This document shows, one piece after another, positions 1 through 18,015 of a DNA stretch of 54,876 nt (its first letter is position 1; every line of letters begins with the position of its first letter). A program made the position numbers and the translations under genes. Source of the DNA: Prorocentrum cordatum (lineage: Eukaryota); NCBI GenBank assembly GCA_963575745.1, contig CAUYUJ010000206.1:62001-116876 (forward strand). Reading direction: 5' to 3'. The notes under the pieces were generated by a model. It ran no database searches. It was not told the DNA's origin and worked only from the letters and a program-made list of their open reading frames with translations.

Positions 1-940
1 GGCTCACCCGATGGCGATCATCCAGGCCCCGAGGAACAGTAGGGAGGCCTTGCGGGCTGGGTCGTGCCGCCACCGCTTACCCCAGGCCCCCCGCCGCATT
101 CTGCGGGGCCATGGAGACCGCTCACGGACTCCCGACAGCGGCGTCAGTGACGCCGATGAGCATATGCGGCGCACGGACTCCCGACAGCGGCGTCAGTGAC
201 GCCGATGAGCATATGCGATGACAATGCTCTTGGCCGCCCAGCCCTGCCGTTCCGCTCAGGGCGAACCGCTCGGCGAACTGACCCTTGCGGCCACGCACGT
301 CGCGAGCCTTGCCCCTGGGTCGATGCCCGCGGCCGCCGCGGTGACCGACTCAGGGGCGGCGGCAGGCGGCGGGTGGGTCGCTGGCGAGACGCCCCGTAGT
401 TACCCATCTTCGCCCTGGGCGAAGGTCAGAACAGCCCCAACGCCAGCGGCCGGCGGTCGCAACAGCGCGAGCTCGGGCACGTGCTCGGGCAGTTCCTTGG
501 GTCTGCCAGCTGCCGCCAAGGCTCACGCGATGGACCCGAGGCGGAGGCCATCCAGGCTTGCCTGCGTGGGAGCGCTCGCCAAGTCCACGCGCTGGAATGG
601 CATTTCGGCGAGCCCCTGCCGCCGCTTTGCCAGCCGCTGCGCCTGCGCCACAGCCGCCCCGGGGGGACGGAGGCCCTGCCTGCGGCGCAGTCGCTTTTTC
701 CCACGGCGGCACACCCCGGGCAGCGAGTTGGTGCAATCGGCGCTCTGCTGCCTGGCACATGTGGCACCCGCTCGCGAACGCGACCGTCCGCTCGGCGCGG
801 AGGGCCGCCGCAGCGGCGCTGGCCAGTGAACCTCGCGGCCGCGGTCCACGAGGCCGTCCACCAACGATGGCACTTGGAGGAAGTGCAGACGGAGAACGAG
901 CAGAAGAGGCAGCAGCCCATCGAAGTGTCCGCGTGGAAAG
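1..940 (+). pseudogene. Possible highly degenerate non-LTR (LINE-like) reverse transcriptase remnant
   Basis: Non-repetitive GC-rich sequence with scattered motifs in different frames in RT-like order (GLAG near 50, SICDD near 210-225, VTDSG..GGGRRR near 340-370). No continuous ORF and the resemblance is weak. Confidence 0.2.
123..217. repeat. Tandem duplication (46-bp identical copies, 49-bp period) containing palindrome CGGCGTCA-G-TGACGCCG
   Basis: cacggactcccgacagcggcgtcagtgacgccgatgagcatatgcg at 123-168 and 172-217. Confidence 0.9.
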
Positions 941-941
941 T

Positions 942-1110
942 CTTGGTATCGGCGCCGAGGTCCCAGGTCTCACTCAGGGGGCCTCCTCCTCCTCCGCCTC
1001 CTCCTCCTCCACTTGGTATCGGCCGAGGTTCCAGGTCTCACGCAGGGGGCCGCCGCCTCCTCCTCCTCCTCCTCCTCCTCCTCCTCCTCCTCCGCCTCCG
1101 CCTCCGCCTC
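942..1110. repeat. Imperfect ~70-bp duplication followed by (CCT)n/(CCGCCT)n
   Basis: cttggtatcgg..ccgaggt.ccaggtctcac.caggggg at ~942 and ~1012, each followed by a CCT tract. Confidence 0.8.
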
Positions 1111-1114
1111 CGCG

Positions 1115-1136
1115 TCCGTAGCCATTTTGGCTCAAG
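1115..1136 (+). other. Complete dinoflagellate spliced-leader (DinoSL) sequence in genomic DNA
   Basis: TCCGTAGCCATTTTGGCTCAAG is an exact match to the 22-nt DCCGTAGCCATTTTGGCTCAAG consensus. It is followed by 51 nt of leader and an ATG, not by an SL-RNA intron GT. Confidence 0.95.
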
Positions 1137-1187
1137 CCTGCTTGGGCGCCAGGCGGGCTGTTGCTGCCCCCTGCCGCGGCTCGGGCG

Positions 1188-2024
1188 ATGGCGGCGGTCC
1201 TTCCCCTCGTCGGGGAGCAGGTGGCGTTGCTTGCGCCGCTGGTGCAGGCGGCAGCTGCAGGGGCTGCTGAAGGCGGCGGCGGGCGGCAGGTGGTGGCCGC
1301 CGCTGTCGCTTCGGCCCTTCGCGTGGGCGCTTCTCTCCTCGCCCCGCGCCTGGCTTCCGAGGTGGACGAGGAGGTGGCGGCAAGGGAGCAGCTTGGAAGG
1401 CCCCACCTGACCGAGATGGTGCGGGCGGGCCGCGAAGGCGTCGTGGCTCGGCCCTCTGGGGCTAGTCGCGCCTTCCGCGGCTGGGCCCAGCACGCCGATT
1501 TCGGCGCAGGGCCGCAGGCGGTGCCCACCACGGCGGCCGAGGCCCGGCGCCGGGCGCGTGGCCGCCGTCGTGGGGCTGGCGGTGCAGCGTCGGCTCCCAC
1601 CACGGACGACCTGGAGGACGAGAAGGAGGAGCTGCAGGAGAAGGTCTCAGTGCACCCTTGCGCTCAGCCGATGGGGGAGCTGATGAAGAAGGACCTCATG
1701 TGCGCCCCTGGATGCCAGGCCACCCTGGAGGTCAGGGCGGTGGGGTCGGCCATTGACGAGCTGGTCCTGGAGAACACTCGGCTGTTCATGGGGGAGACCA
1801 AGCGCGACTCTGAGAAGCTCGTCGTGAAGGACTCCAAGGAGAAGCGGCTGCCGCTGACCGTCAGCGCTGCCAAGCAGATGGTCTTGGGCACCGCGTGCGC
1901 CGTGAAGATGCTGGAGCCCCAGCTGGCGGAGGCCCGATCCGCGCACGAGGCCGCCTGCAGGGCGGTCCTCGGCGCGGGCTTCGTGTCGTCGCAGCTGTTC
2001 GGCAACGGCGAGGCTGGCCCGTGA
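1188..2024 (+). CDS. Hypothetical protein, 278 aa, intronless, probable SL-bearing retrocopy; Ala-rich N-terminus, charged helical C-terminus
   Basis: ATG GCG 51 nt after the SL, open to TGA at 2022-2024, strong G/C third-position bias (gag aag gag gag ctg cag gag aag). No domain recognised. Confidence 0.75.
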   Translation: MAAVLPLVGEQVALLAPLVQAAAAGAAEGGGGRQVVAAAVASALRVGASLLAPRLASEVDEEVAAREQLGRPHLTEMVRAGREGVVARPSGASRAFRGWAQHADFGAGPQAVPTTAAEARRRARGRRRGAGGAASAPTTDDLEDEKEELQEKVSVHPCAQPMGELMKKDLMCAPGCQATLEVRAVGSAIDELVLENTRLFMGETKRDSEKLVVKDSKEKRLPLTVSAAKQMVLGTACAVKMLEPQLAEARSAHEAACRAVLGAGFVSSQLFGNGEAGP

Positions 2025-2084
2025 AGTTGGCCAAGTTTTGATGCTCGGGGAGCTGCCCGAGAAAACGGCCAAGTCATGAGGGCT

Positions 2085-2269
2085 GCGGAGGCTCGTGTTC
2101 CTCCTGCGGCTCGCTTGGCTTCGGGGCGCGGAGGCTCGTGTTCCTCCTGCGCCCCCCCGCTGCGGAGGCTCGTGCTCCTCCTGCAGCGGCAGCTTCGCGC
2201 CGCGGAGGCTCGTGTTCCTCCTGCGGCGCCGACGGCCCTGGGGTTGCGGAGGCTCGTGTTCCTCCTGCG
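2085..2269 (+). repeat. Five copies of 24-nt GCGGAGGCTCGTGTTCCTCCTGCG separated by distinct 10-20 nt spacers
   Basis: Copies start at 2085, 2128, 2162, 2202 and 2246; spacers are 19, 10, 16 and 20 nt; internal GGAGG/CCTCC inverted repeat. Confidence 0.9.
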
Positions 2270-2526
2270 GCCCCAGGGGCTCTCCTGCGCGACTCCCCTG
2301 TCGCTTTGCATTTAGCCCATTTAGTCCGCCTCCGCCTCCGCCGCCGCCTCATGCTCCCAGCTCCCGTGGTCGCACGCCTGGCAGTTGCTGCGGATACTGC
2401 GGCCGATCGGGGCGGCCTAGCCTCGCCGCCCAGACGGGCGAGGTCGAGGGCCTCGCCCGCCCGCCTCGTCGGCGCCGACGGCGCGCCGCGAGGACGGACG
2501 GGGACGGTCAGATCGCGCGCGGCAGC

Positions 2527-2670
2527 CCTCCTCCTCCTCCTCCTCCTCCTCCTGCTCCCTCCTCCTCCTCCTCCTCCTCCTCCTCCTCCTCCTCCCTTCC
2601 CCTCCTCATCCTCCTCCTCCTCCTCCTCCTCCTCCTCCTCCTCCTCCTCCTCCTCCTCCTCCCCCTCCCC
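2527..2670. repeat. (CCT)n microsatellite
   Basis: Direct reading. Confidence 0.95.
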
Positions 2671-3667
2671 TTCAGCCCCGAGGTCATTCCGCAGCCTCGG
2701 CGCGCCGCTTCTGCACGGCCAGAGTCCTAGCTTTCCAATGCGAGCGAGGGCGCTGGACAGCCAGCCCTACGCGTAGAGATGTCTGTGTTCGTTGGCTGGT
2801 CCTCTGCGCAATGCTCAGTGCACTCGCCTGCCTCGGCGACGGCACTCGCGCCCCACGCGGGGCAGCTTCTCTGTAGTGTTCTTCGGGCTTTATCGCTTTT
2901 AGTTCTCCGTTAAGGTGCCCCCTCGACCGCCATGCCTGCCTAGCCGGTCGATCCATAGTATGCGAGTTTCACCATTCTCTGCTTCCGCTGTGGCGTCTCA
3001 ATCACCGGCTTATCTCTCGAGCTCGCGATTTGCAGCTGGCGTTGCATTGCGCACGCCTTCACACGCCCACGGGCAACTGCCAGTGCACTCAGCACCTGCC
3101 GGTTTCGTCTTGACTTGCATGCTTCGCTCGAGTGCTTCTCTTCGCCCTTCGGCTGCTGCGAGTCCTACCCGATCGTGCGGCCGCGTCGGTGGCAGGTCAG
3201 TGGCGGGCCACCTCCTCGGATAGCTACTTCGCTTCGAGCGGGGTGGCTGGCCTGGGCAAATTGGCCTTCGAAAGCTCGTCAGCCTTCGTTCAGTCCTGGC
3301 TTTGTCTCGTGCAGGCCGGGATCACCCGCAGTTTCTGCCATGATCATCTTCTGCCCGCTTGCTGAGGGTTTTTTCGGCTGCAGCGCTGGCCCTCACAGTC
3401 AGCCAGGCTTTCTGATCTGCCCTGGCCCTGTGCAGATCGCCTCTTCTCGGAGCCGCACGAAGCAGCGAGTCGCTGTGCTCTACATTGATTCAGGATTGCA
3501 CCGCCCGTTCGTACACACTGCGCCGCCACAGCACAGTGCCTGGGCGCACCGCGAGTTTGGCGTGGACGGCTTACACCTTGCAGGCTCCGCATATCGGCAA
3601 TGGTGCAGGCGGCGCAGGAGAGGTGCCTGCAAAACCTTGCCTGACGCGAGGGTCACAGCAGCAGCAG

Positions 3668-3997
<330 letters not shown>

Positions 3998-4452
3998 AGT
4001 GGGGACGCATGTCAAGAAACACCCTCTGTTTCGTCAGGGTTCCCTGGGTTTCTTCAGCTTGCGTTCGGCGGGGCTGGTCGCCGCCATCTCGAAGAAACTG
4101 CAGATGTCAGGGCACCCTGGGTTTCCTGGGCGTCGGCGCATGTCGGGTCGCGCTCCCGAAAGCCCAAGAAACTTCCCGGCATTCAGGGTACCTTGGGTTT
4201 CTTCACCCGCCCCCCTTCTGCTTGTCACGCGCAGTGCGCGCGCGCTCGGGGTGTTCTTCAGTCTGGCGCACGAGTCCCATTGCAGTCGGGGCGCATGCCC
4301 GATAGCCCAAGAAACTGACTAACATTCAGGGTACCTTGGGTTTCTTCACCCGCCACGCAGTCTCTTCGCCACGCGCAGCGCGCGCGCGCGCTCGCGGGGG
4401 TTCTTCAGTCTGGCGCGGGAGTCCCATTGCAGTCGGGGCGCATGCCCGATAG

Positions 4453-7400
4453 GCCAGAATGCAAGTTAACCAATTGATTTTTCTCAACCAGTTTTCTGGT
4501 GATCCACGCCTTCGTGGGTCACCTGGTGTGCTTGCGCCGCATGGAAAACGTATTGAGTGGCAATGCATCGCCTCATGACGAGGCCCAGAATGCAAGTGAA
4601 ACAATTGGTTTTTCTCAACCAGTTTTCTGGTGACCCACCCCTTCGTGGGGCACCTGGTGTGCTTGCGCCGTATGGCAAACATATTGAGTGGCAGTGCGTC
4701 GCCTCGTGACGAGGCCCAGGATGCAGGTGAAACAACTTGTTTTTCTCAACCAGCTTTCTGGTGACCCACCCCTTCGTGGGTCACCTGGTGTGCTTGCGCC
4801 GCATGGAAAACGTATTGAGTGGCAATGCCTCGCCTCATGTTGAGGCCCAGAATGCGAGTGAAACTATTGGTTTTTCTCCACCAATTTTCTGGTGACCAAC
4901 CCCTTCGTGGGTCACCTGGTGTGCTTGCGCCGTATGGAAAACGTATCGAGTGGCAATACATCGCCTCATGTTGAGGCCCAGAATGCAAGTGAAACAATGG
5001 GTTTGTCTCAACCAGTTTTCTGGTGACCCACCCGTTCGTAGGTCACCTGGTGTGCTTGCGCCGTCTGGGAAACGTATAGAGAGGCAATGCATCGACTCAT
5101 GTTGAGGCCCAGAATGCAAGTGAAACGATTGATTTTTCTCAACCAGTTTTCTGGTGACCCACCCCGTCGTGGGTCACCTGGTGCGCTTGCGCCGTATCGA
5201 AAACACATTGAGTAGCAGTGCGTCGCCTCATGTTGAGGCCCAGAATGCAAGTGAAACAATTGGTTTTTTCCACCAGTTTTCTGGTGACCCACCCCGTCGT
5301 GGATCACCCGGTGTGCTTGCGCCGTATGGCAAACGTATTGAGTGGCAATGCATCGCTTCATGACGAGGCCCAGAATGCAAGTGAAACGATTGGTTTTTCT
5401 CAACCAGTTTTCTGGTGACCCACCCCTTCGTGGGTCACCTGGTGTGCGTGCGTCGTATGGCAAACATTTTGAGTGGCAATGCATCGCCACATGACGAGGC
5501 CCAGGATGCAGGTGAAACAATTTGTTTTTCTCAACCAGTTTTCTGGTGACCCAGTCCTTCGTGGGTCACCTGGTGTGCTTGCGCCGTATGGAAAACGTAT
5601 TGAATGGCAACGCATCGCCTCATGACGAGGCCGACAATGCAAGTGAAACCATTGGTTTTTCTCGACCAGTTTTCTGGTGACCCACCCCTTCGTGAGTCAC
5701 CTGGTGTGCTTGCGCCGCATGGAAAATGTATCGAGGGGCAATACATCGCCTCATCTTGAGGGCCAGAATGCAAGTGAAACAGTTGTTTTTCTCAATCAGT
5801 TTTCTGGTGACCCACCCCTTCGTGGGTCACCTGGGTCACCTGGTGTGCTTGCGCCGCATGGGAAATGCATTGAGTGGCGATGTTTGGCCTCATGTTGAGG
5901 CCCAGAACGCAAGTGAAACGATTGGTTTTTCTCAACCAGTTTTCTGGTGACCCACCCCTTCGTGGGTCACCTGGTGTGCTTGCGCCGTATCGAAGTCGCA
6001 TTGAGTGGCAGTGCGTCGCCTCATGTTGAGGCCTAGAATGCAAGTGAAACAATGGTTTTTTTCTCAACCTATTTTCTGGTGACCCACCCCTTCGTGGGTC
6101 ACCTGGTGTGCTTGCGCCGCATGGGAAACGTATTGAGGGGCGATGCTTCGCCTCATGTTGAGGCCCAGAATGCAAGTGAAACGATTGGTTTTCTCATCCA
6201 GTTGTCTGGTGACCCACGCCTTCGTGGGTCACCTGGTGTGCTTGCGCCGGGTGGAACACGTATTGAGTGGCAATGCGTCGCCTCATGTTGAGGCCCAGAA
6301 TGCAAGTGAAAGAATTGGCTTTTCTAAACCAGTTTTCTGGTGATCCACCCCTTCGTGGGTCACCTGGTGTGCTTGCGCCGCATGGCAAACGTATTGAGTG
6401 GCGATGCTTCGCTTCATGTTGAGGCCCAGAATGCAAGTGAAACGATTGGTTTTTCTCAACCAGTTCTCTGGTGACCCACGCCTTCGTGGGTCACCTGGTG
6501 TGCTTGCGCCGGATGGAAAACGTATTGAGTGGCAATGCATCGCCTCATGTTGCCCAGAATGCAAGTGAAAGAATTGGTTTTTCTCAACCAGTTTTCTGGT
6601 GACCCACCCTTTCGTGGGTCACCTGGTGTGCTTGCGCCGTATCGAAAACGCATTGAGTGGCAGTGGGTCGTCTCATGACGAGGCCCAGGACGCAGGTGAA
6701 ACACATTGTTTTTCTCTATCAGTTTTCTGGTGACCCACCCCTTCGTGGGTCACCTGGTGTGCTTGCGCCACATGGAAAACGTATTGAGTGGCAATGCCTC
6801 GCTTCATGTTGAGGCTCAGAACGCAATTGAAACAATTGGTTTTTCTCATCCAGTTTTCTGGTGACCCACGCCTTCGTGGGTCACCTGGTGTGCTTGCGCC
6901 GCATGGAAAACGTATTGAGTGGCAACGCATCGCTTCATGACGAGCCCCAGAATGCAAGTAGAACGATTCGTTTTTCTCAACCAGTTTTCTGGTGACCCAC
7001 CCCTTCGTGGGCCACCTGGTGTGCTTGCGCCGTATCGAAAACGTATTGAGTGGCAATGCATCGCCTCATGTTGAGGCCCAGAATGCAAGTGAAGCACTTG
7101 GTTTTTCTCAACCAGTTTTCTGGTGACCCACCCCTTCGTGGGTCACCTGGTGTGCTTGCGCCGTATGGAAAACGTATTGAGTGGCGATGCTTCGCTTCAT
7201 GTTGAGGCCCAGACTGCAAGTGAAACGATTGGTTTTCTCATCCAGTTTTCTGGTGACCCACCCCTTCGTGGGTCACCTGGTGTGCTTGCGCCGTATCGAA
7301 AACGCATTGAGTGGCAGTGCGTCGCCTCATGCTGGGGCCCAGAATGCAAGTGAAAGAATTGGTTTTTCTCAACCAGTTTTCTGGTGACCCACCCCTTCGT

Positions 7401-7698
7401 GGGTCACCTGGTGTGCTTGCGCCGCATGGGAAATGCATTGAGTGGCGATGTTTGGCCTCATGCTGAGGCCCAGAACGCAAGTGAAACGATTGGTTTTTCT
7501 CAACCAGTTTTCTGGTGACCCACCCCTTCGTGGGTCACCTGGTGTGTTTGCGCCGTATGGCAAACATATTGAGTGGCAGTGCATCGCCTCATGACGAGGC
7601 GCAGGATGCAGGTGAAGCAATTTGTTTTTCTCAACCAGTTTTCTGGTGACCCACCCCTTCGTGGGGCACCTGGTGTGCTTGCGCCGCATGGAAGACGT
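4453..7698. repeat. 131-bp tandem satellite, about 25 copies, each with hairpin GGTGACCCAC-cccttc-GTGGGTCACC
   Basis: gcccagaatgcaagtgaaac recurs every 131 nt (about 4584, 4715, 4846, 4977 and on); small indels at ~5830 and ~6551. Confidence 0.97.
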
Positions 7699-7716
7699 CC
7701 AAGGTGGCAGTCATCT

Positions 7717-8282
7717 GGATTCCTCGGAGGGCGCCGAACAATGTCCTAGGGATTCCTGAGGTTCCCCTTGGGGTTCCTGAGGGTGCCCTCGGGATTTTTG
7801 GGGATTCACCAGGGATTCCTAAGGAGGCCCGAGGGATTCCTAAAGATTCCCTGAGGACCCCGCAGGATCCCCGAAGGATTCCTGAGGATTTCCGAAGGGA
7901 TTCTTTGGGAGCACCGAGAAATTCCTCAGGATTCTTCAGGGATTCTTGAAGATTCCGTTTTGAATCCCAAGGATTCCGCAGGGATTCTTTTGGATTTCCG
8001 AGGGAGTCATAAGGATTCCCGAGGGTTTCCGGATTCCGCGGGGATTCTTCACGACACCTTAGGGATTCCAAAGGATTCTTTCGGGATTCTTGAGGATCCC
8101 CAAAGGATCCCACAGGATTCCCTTAGGATTCTTCAGAAACCCTTAAGGATTCCTAAGGATTCCCTAGGGATTCCTAGGGATGCCCCCGGGATTCCTAAGG
8201 ATTCCCTTGGGATTTTTGTGGATGCCCTAGAGATTCTCAAGGATTCCTAAGGATTCCAAAAGTATCCCCAAGGATTCCCAGA
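7717..8282. repeat. Degenerate 10-11-bp minisatellite (GGATTCCYWA-like)
   Basis: ggattcc recurs dozens of times. Confidence 0.9.
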
Positions 8283-9003
8283 GTCTGCCCCTCGCAGGCC
8301 GCCCTTCACAGGCTTCCATAGGCTTCCCCCGATATGCTGTCCCCCATCGGCACATTCAGGGAAACCCTCCTTGCAGTCGGGGCGCATGCCCGATTGGCCA
8401 TAGATTCCTGGGCCTTACATTCCAGGCCATAGACTCATGGGTCCTAGCCACGAAAGCCTGAGAACCCTGGGCCCTACGTAGAACCTTACAGAACCCTGGG
8501 CCAAAAACCCTGGGCCCTGGGGCGCGCGCCCGAAAGCCCAAGAAACTGGAAGGCACTCAGGGTACCTTGGGTTTCTTCGTCCGCCACTCTGGCTTTTCCC
8601 CAGTGCCGCGTTTCCATCCGTGGGGGCTTGTCAGTCTGACATGGGATCGCTAGCGCACACGGGGCGCTCGCCCGATATCCAGAGAAACATCGCTGCATAG
8701 TGGGTGCCTTGGGTTTCTTCGCCCCCCTTGGCCTGAGTCAAATGTGCGCGCACTTATTTTCCTATAGGAGAAGTCGTCGCCGTTCTGTTAGTGCGATGCC
8801 CGAAGCTCAAATGTTCGATCGCCTTGGGTTTCTGGATGTCAAATTGGCTTACGCCGGCGAATAAGAAACCACTCGGGTCAGGGTACCCTGGGTTTCTTCG
8901 TTTGCAGCCGAAGTGCAAGAAACCCAACCCTGGGCCAAGAAACTTCGGCGGATTTCAGGATTGGGTTTCTTGCGGGGTGTTTCTTGTGTTCGCGTCCCCA
9001 CTG

Positions 9004-16260
<7,257 letters not shown>

Positions 16261-16818
16261 GTATTCGTAGTCCTAGTACACTGTAATAGTTTTAATCGCA
16301 CTTGCAGTGGCATGTGAAGGTGTAGTCGTACAAAGTTTACTGGTGGTAGTGGTGGTGATAGCCTCAGCTGCAGTTATCGCCATAGTAGTCATCGTAGCCG
16401 CAGGTGTCGTAGCAGGTGTCAGAACAGTGTCATCGAGAGTCGTACAGCATAGTGGTGGTGCGGGTGGCAATAGGAGCAAGTGTAAGATCAGCAGTTGTAT
16501 CAGCAAAAGGGTGGGGGGAAGATGTAAAGGGCGCAGGTATTGTTTCGCCGTGTCGTGCTACGCGAAGGCGTGACTGCAGGTGTCGGAGCCGATGGAGGCG
16601 TGCCGAGATTTGTAAGAGGAGGGAGACATGATGGCGAAGAAAGAAAGCAGGAAGCAAGGAACAACGCATCGGACTAGAGAAGGAGGGAAGCATAGACGGC
16701 AAAAGGAAAGACAGAAAGGGAGCAAGGGTGGAAGGGGTTGAAAGTATAGAGGGACACATCTAAACTTAAATACACAGCATACAAATATGTGTATATATAT
16801 ACATACATATATACATAT

Positions 16819-16849
<31 letters not shown>

Positions 16850-16860
16850 AATCTATATGG

Positions 16861-17750
16861 ATGGGAGTTCCCGGGCCCCGGGCCGAAACCTCCCTTGTAC
16901 ATTTGTAGTGGCCCCCTCCTGGGACGCCCCTCCAACGGCCCCCGCGCGTTCCAGTCCGCCCAAGAAGGCTCCAACAGCGCCGAGAGAACCCCAGGATCGC
17001 TTCAAGACCGCCAAAGATCGCTCCCAAAAGGGCCACGAGGCCCTGAAGCCGCCGCCAAGAGGCCCCCCAAGAGCACCCCGGGAGACCAAAATGGCCCCAT
17101 TCCTGTCGTAAAACACACGTTTTTAGGATATCAGCTCCCTTGGACATCGGAGCGGTCAAAAAGCCCCAAGAGGCGCCCAAGGACGCCCACGGACGGCTGA
17201 GACAGCCCCAAGACGGCCCAGGAGGGCCTCCCGGGACGCTCCACCAGCGGCCCCCGGGCCTCCCAGTCCGCCCAAGATGGCCCAAGAGACTTCCCGGTCG
17301 CCGCGAGAGGGCCCCAGGAGCGCTCCGATGCGGCCCAAGATGGCTTCCAGAAGGGCCACGAGGCCTTCAAGACGCCCCAAGAAGGCTCCAAGAGGCCCTC
17401 CAAGAGAGCCCCGGGAGACAAAACTGGCCCCATTCTTTTTGTAAAACATAGATTTTTAGAAGAGCCCCCAAAAGGCCCGAAGAGGCGCCCACGAACGCCC
17501 CAAGACGGTTTAGGACAGCCCCATGACGGCCTGGGAGAGCCTCCTGGGATGCTCTTCCGGTGGCCCCCGGGCTTCCCAGTCCGCCCAAGAGTGCCCAAGA
17601 GGCCTCCGAGACGCCCCGAGAACCGCAGGAGCGCTCCAAGACAGCCCACGCTGGCTTCCAGAAGGACCATCAAAACGACCGTGGCCAGTCCATCGAAACC
17701 CCACACCTACATGCAAGGATGATCTGTAGTGGGTATCGTGTTTAGTCCCA
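16861..17750. repeat. Dispersed repeat rich in GCCCCAAGA-like units, bounded by (TA)n and (TATGTG)n
   Basis: ccaaga/ccaag motif every 10-30 nt with an internal ~300-bp duplication; related tracts at ~23725-24000, ~24300-24700 and (reverse) ~38500-38760. Confidence 0.7.
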
Positions 17751-17800
17751 GCGTGGCTGGGGCGTCTGCACACGCATATGTGTATGTACATGTACATGTA

Positions 17801-17837
<37 letters not shown>

Positions 17838-18015
17838 GTGTGTATGGATATCTACATGTTTTGGTATATGTATACGTGTATGTCTAATGCATATTAGATA
17901 ATGTATAAATGTATTGTATCATGTATGTGTGATGCAGGTGAGAGTGTGAACGTAACTGTACATGTATATGTGCATGCATATGTATATGTGTAATGCCTGT
18001 GCACCTACATATATA

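Larger units (their letters stand above)
3997..9003. mobile_element. Non-autonomous TIR DNA transposon (Tc1/mariner-like ends), 5007 bp, inserted at a TA in a (CTA)n array
   Basis: Left end TA|CAGTGGGGACGCatgtCAAGAAACACCC; right end reverse-complemented TA|CAGTGGGGACGCgaacaCAAGAAACACCC. CTA array on both sides. Subterminal motifs (gggtaccttgggtttcttc, gcccaagaaact) occur in both arms. No transposase ORF. Confidence 0.8.

Noticed and set aside
1115..1190. SL RNA gene
   Set aside because: The SL is followed by CCTG and a long ORF, not a GT donor and short intron ending in a T tract.
2085..2269. CRISPR array
   Set aside because: Spacers are 10-20 nt and irregular, no cas genes, eukaryotic context; kept only as a repeat-spacer curiosity.
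2700..3660. Protein-coding gene in unique sequence (3115-4305 ORF)
   Set aside because: No motif or codon bias; ORF length comes from reading through (CTA)n.
4453..7698. 5S rRNA/tRNA tandem genes or repeat-protein ORFs
   Set aside because: No recognisable 5S or tRNA motifs; 131 is not a multiple of three and the ORFs are short and shift frame.
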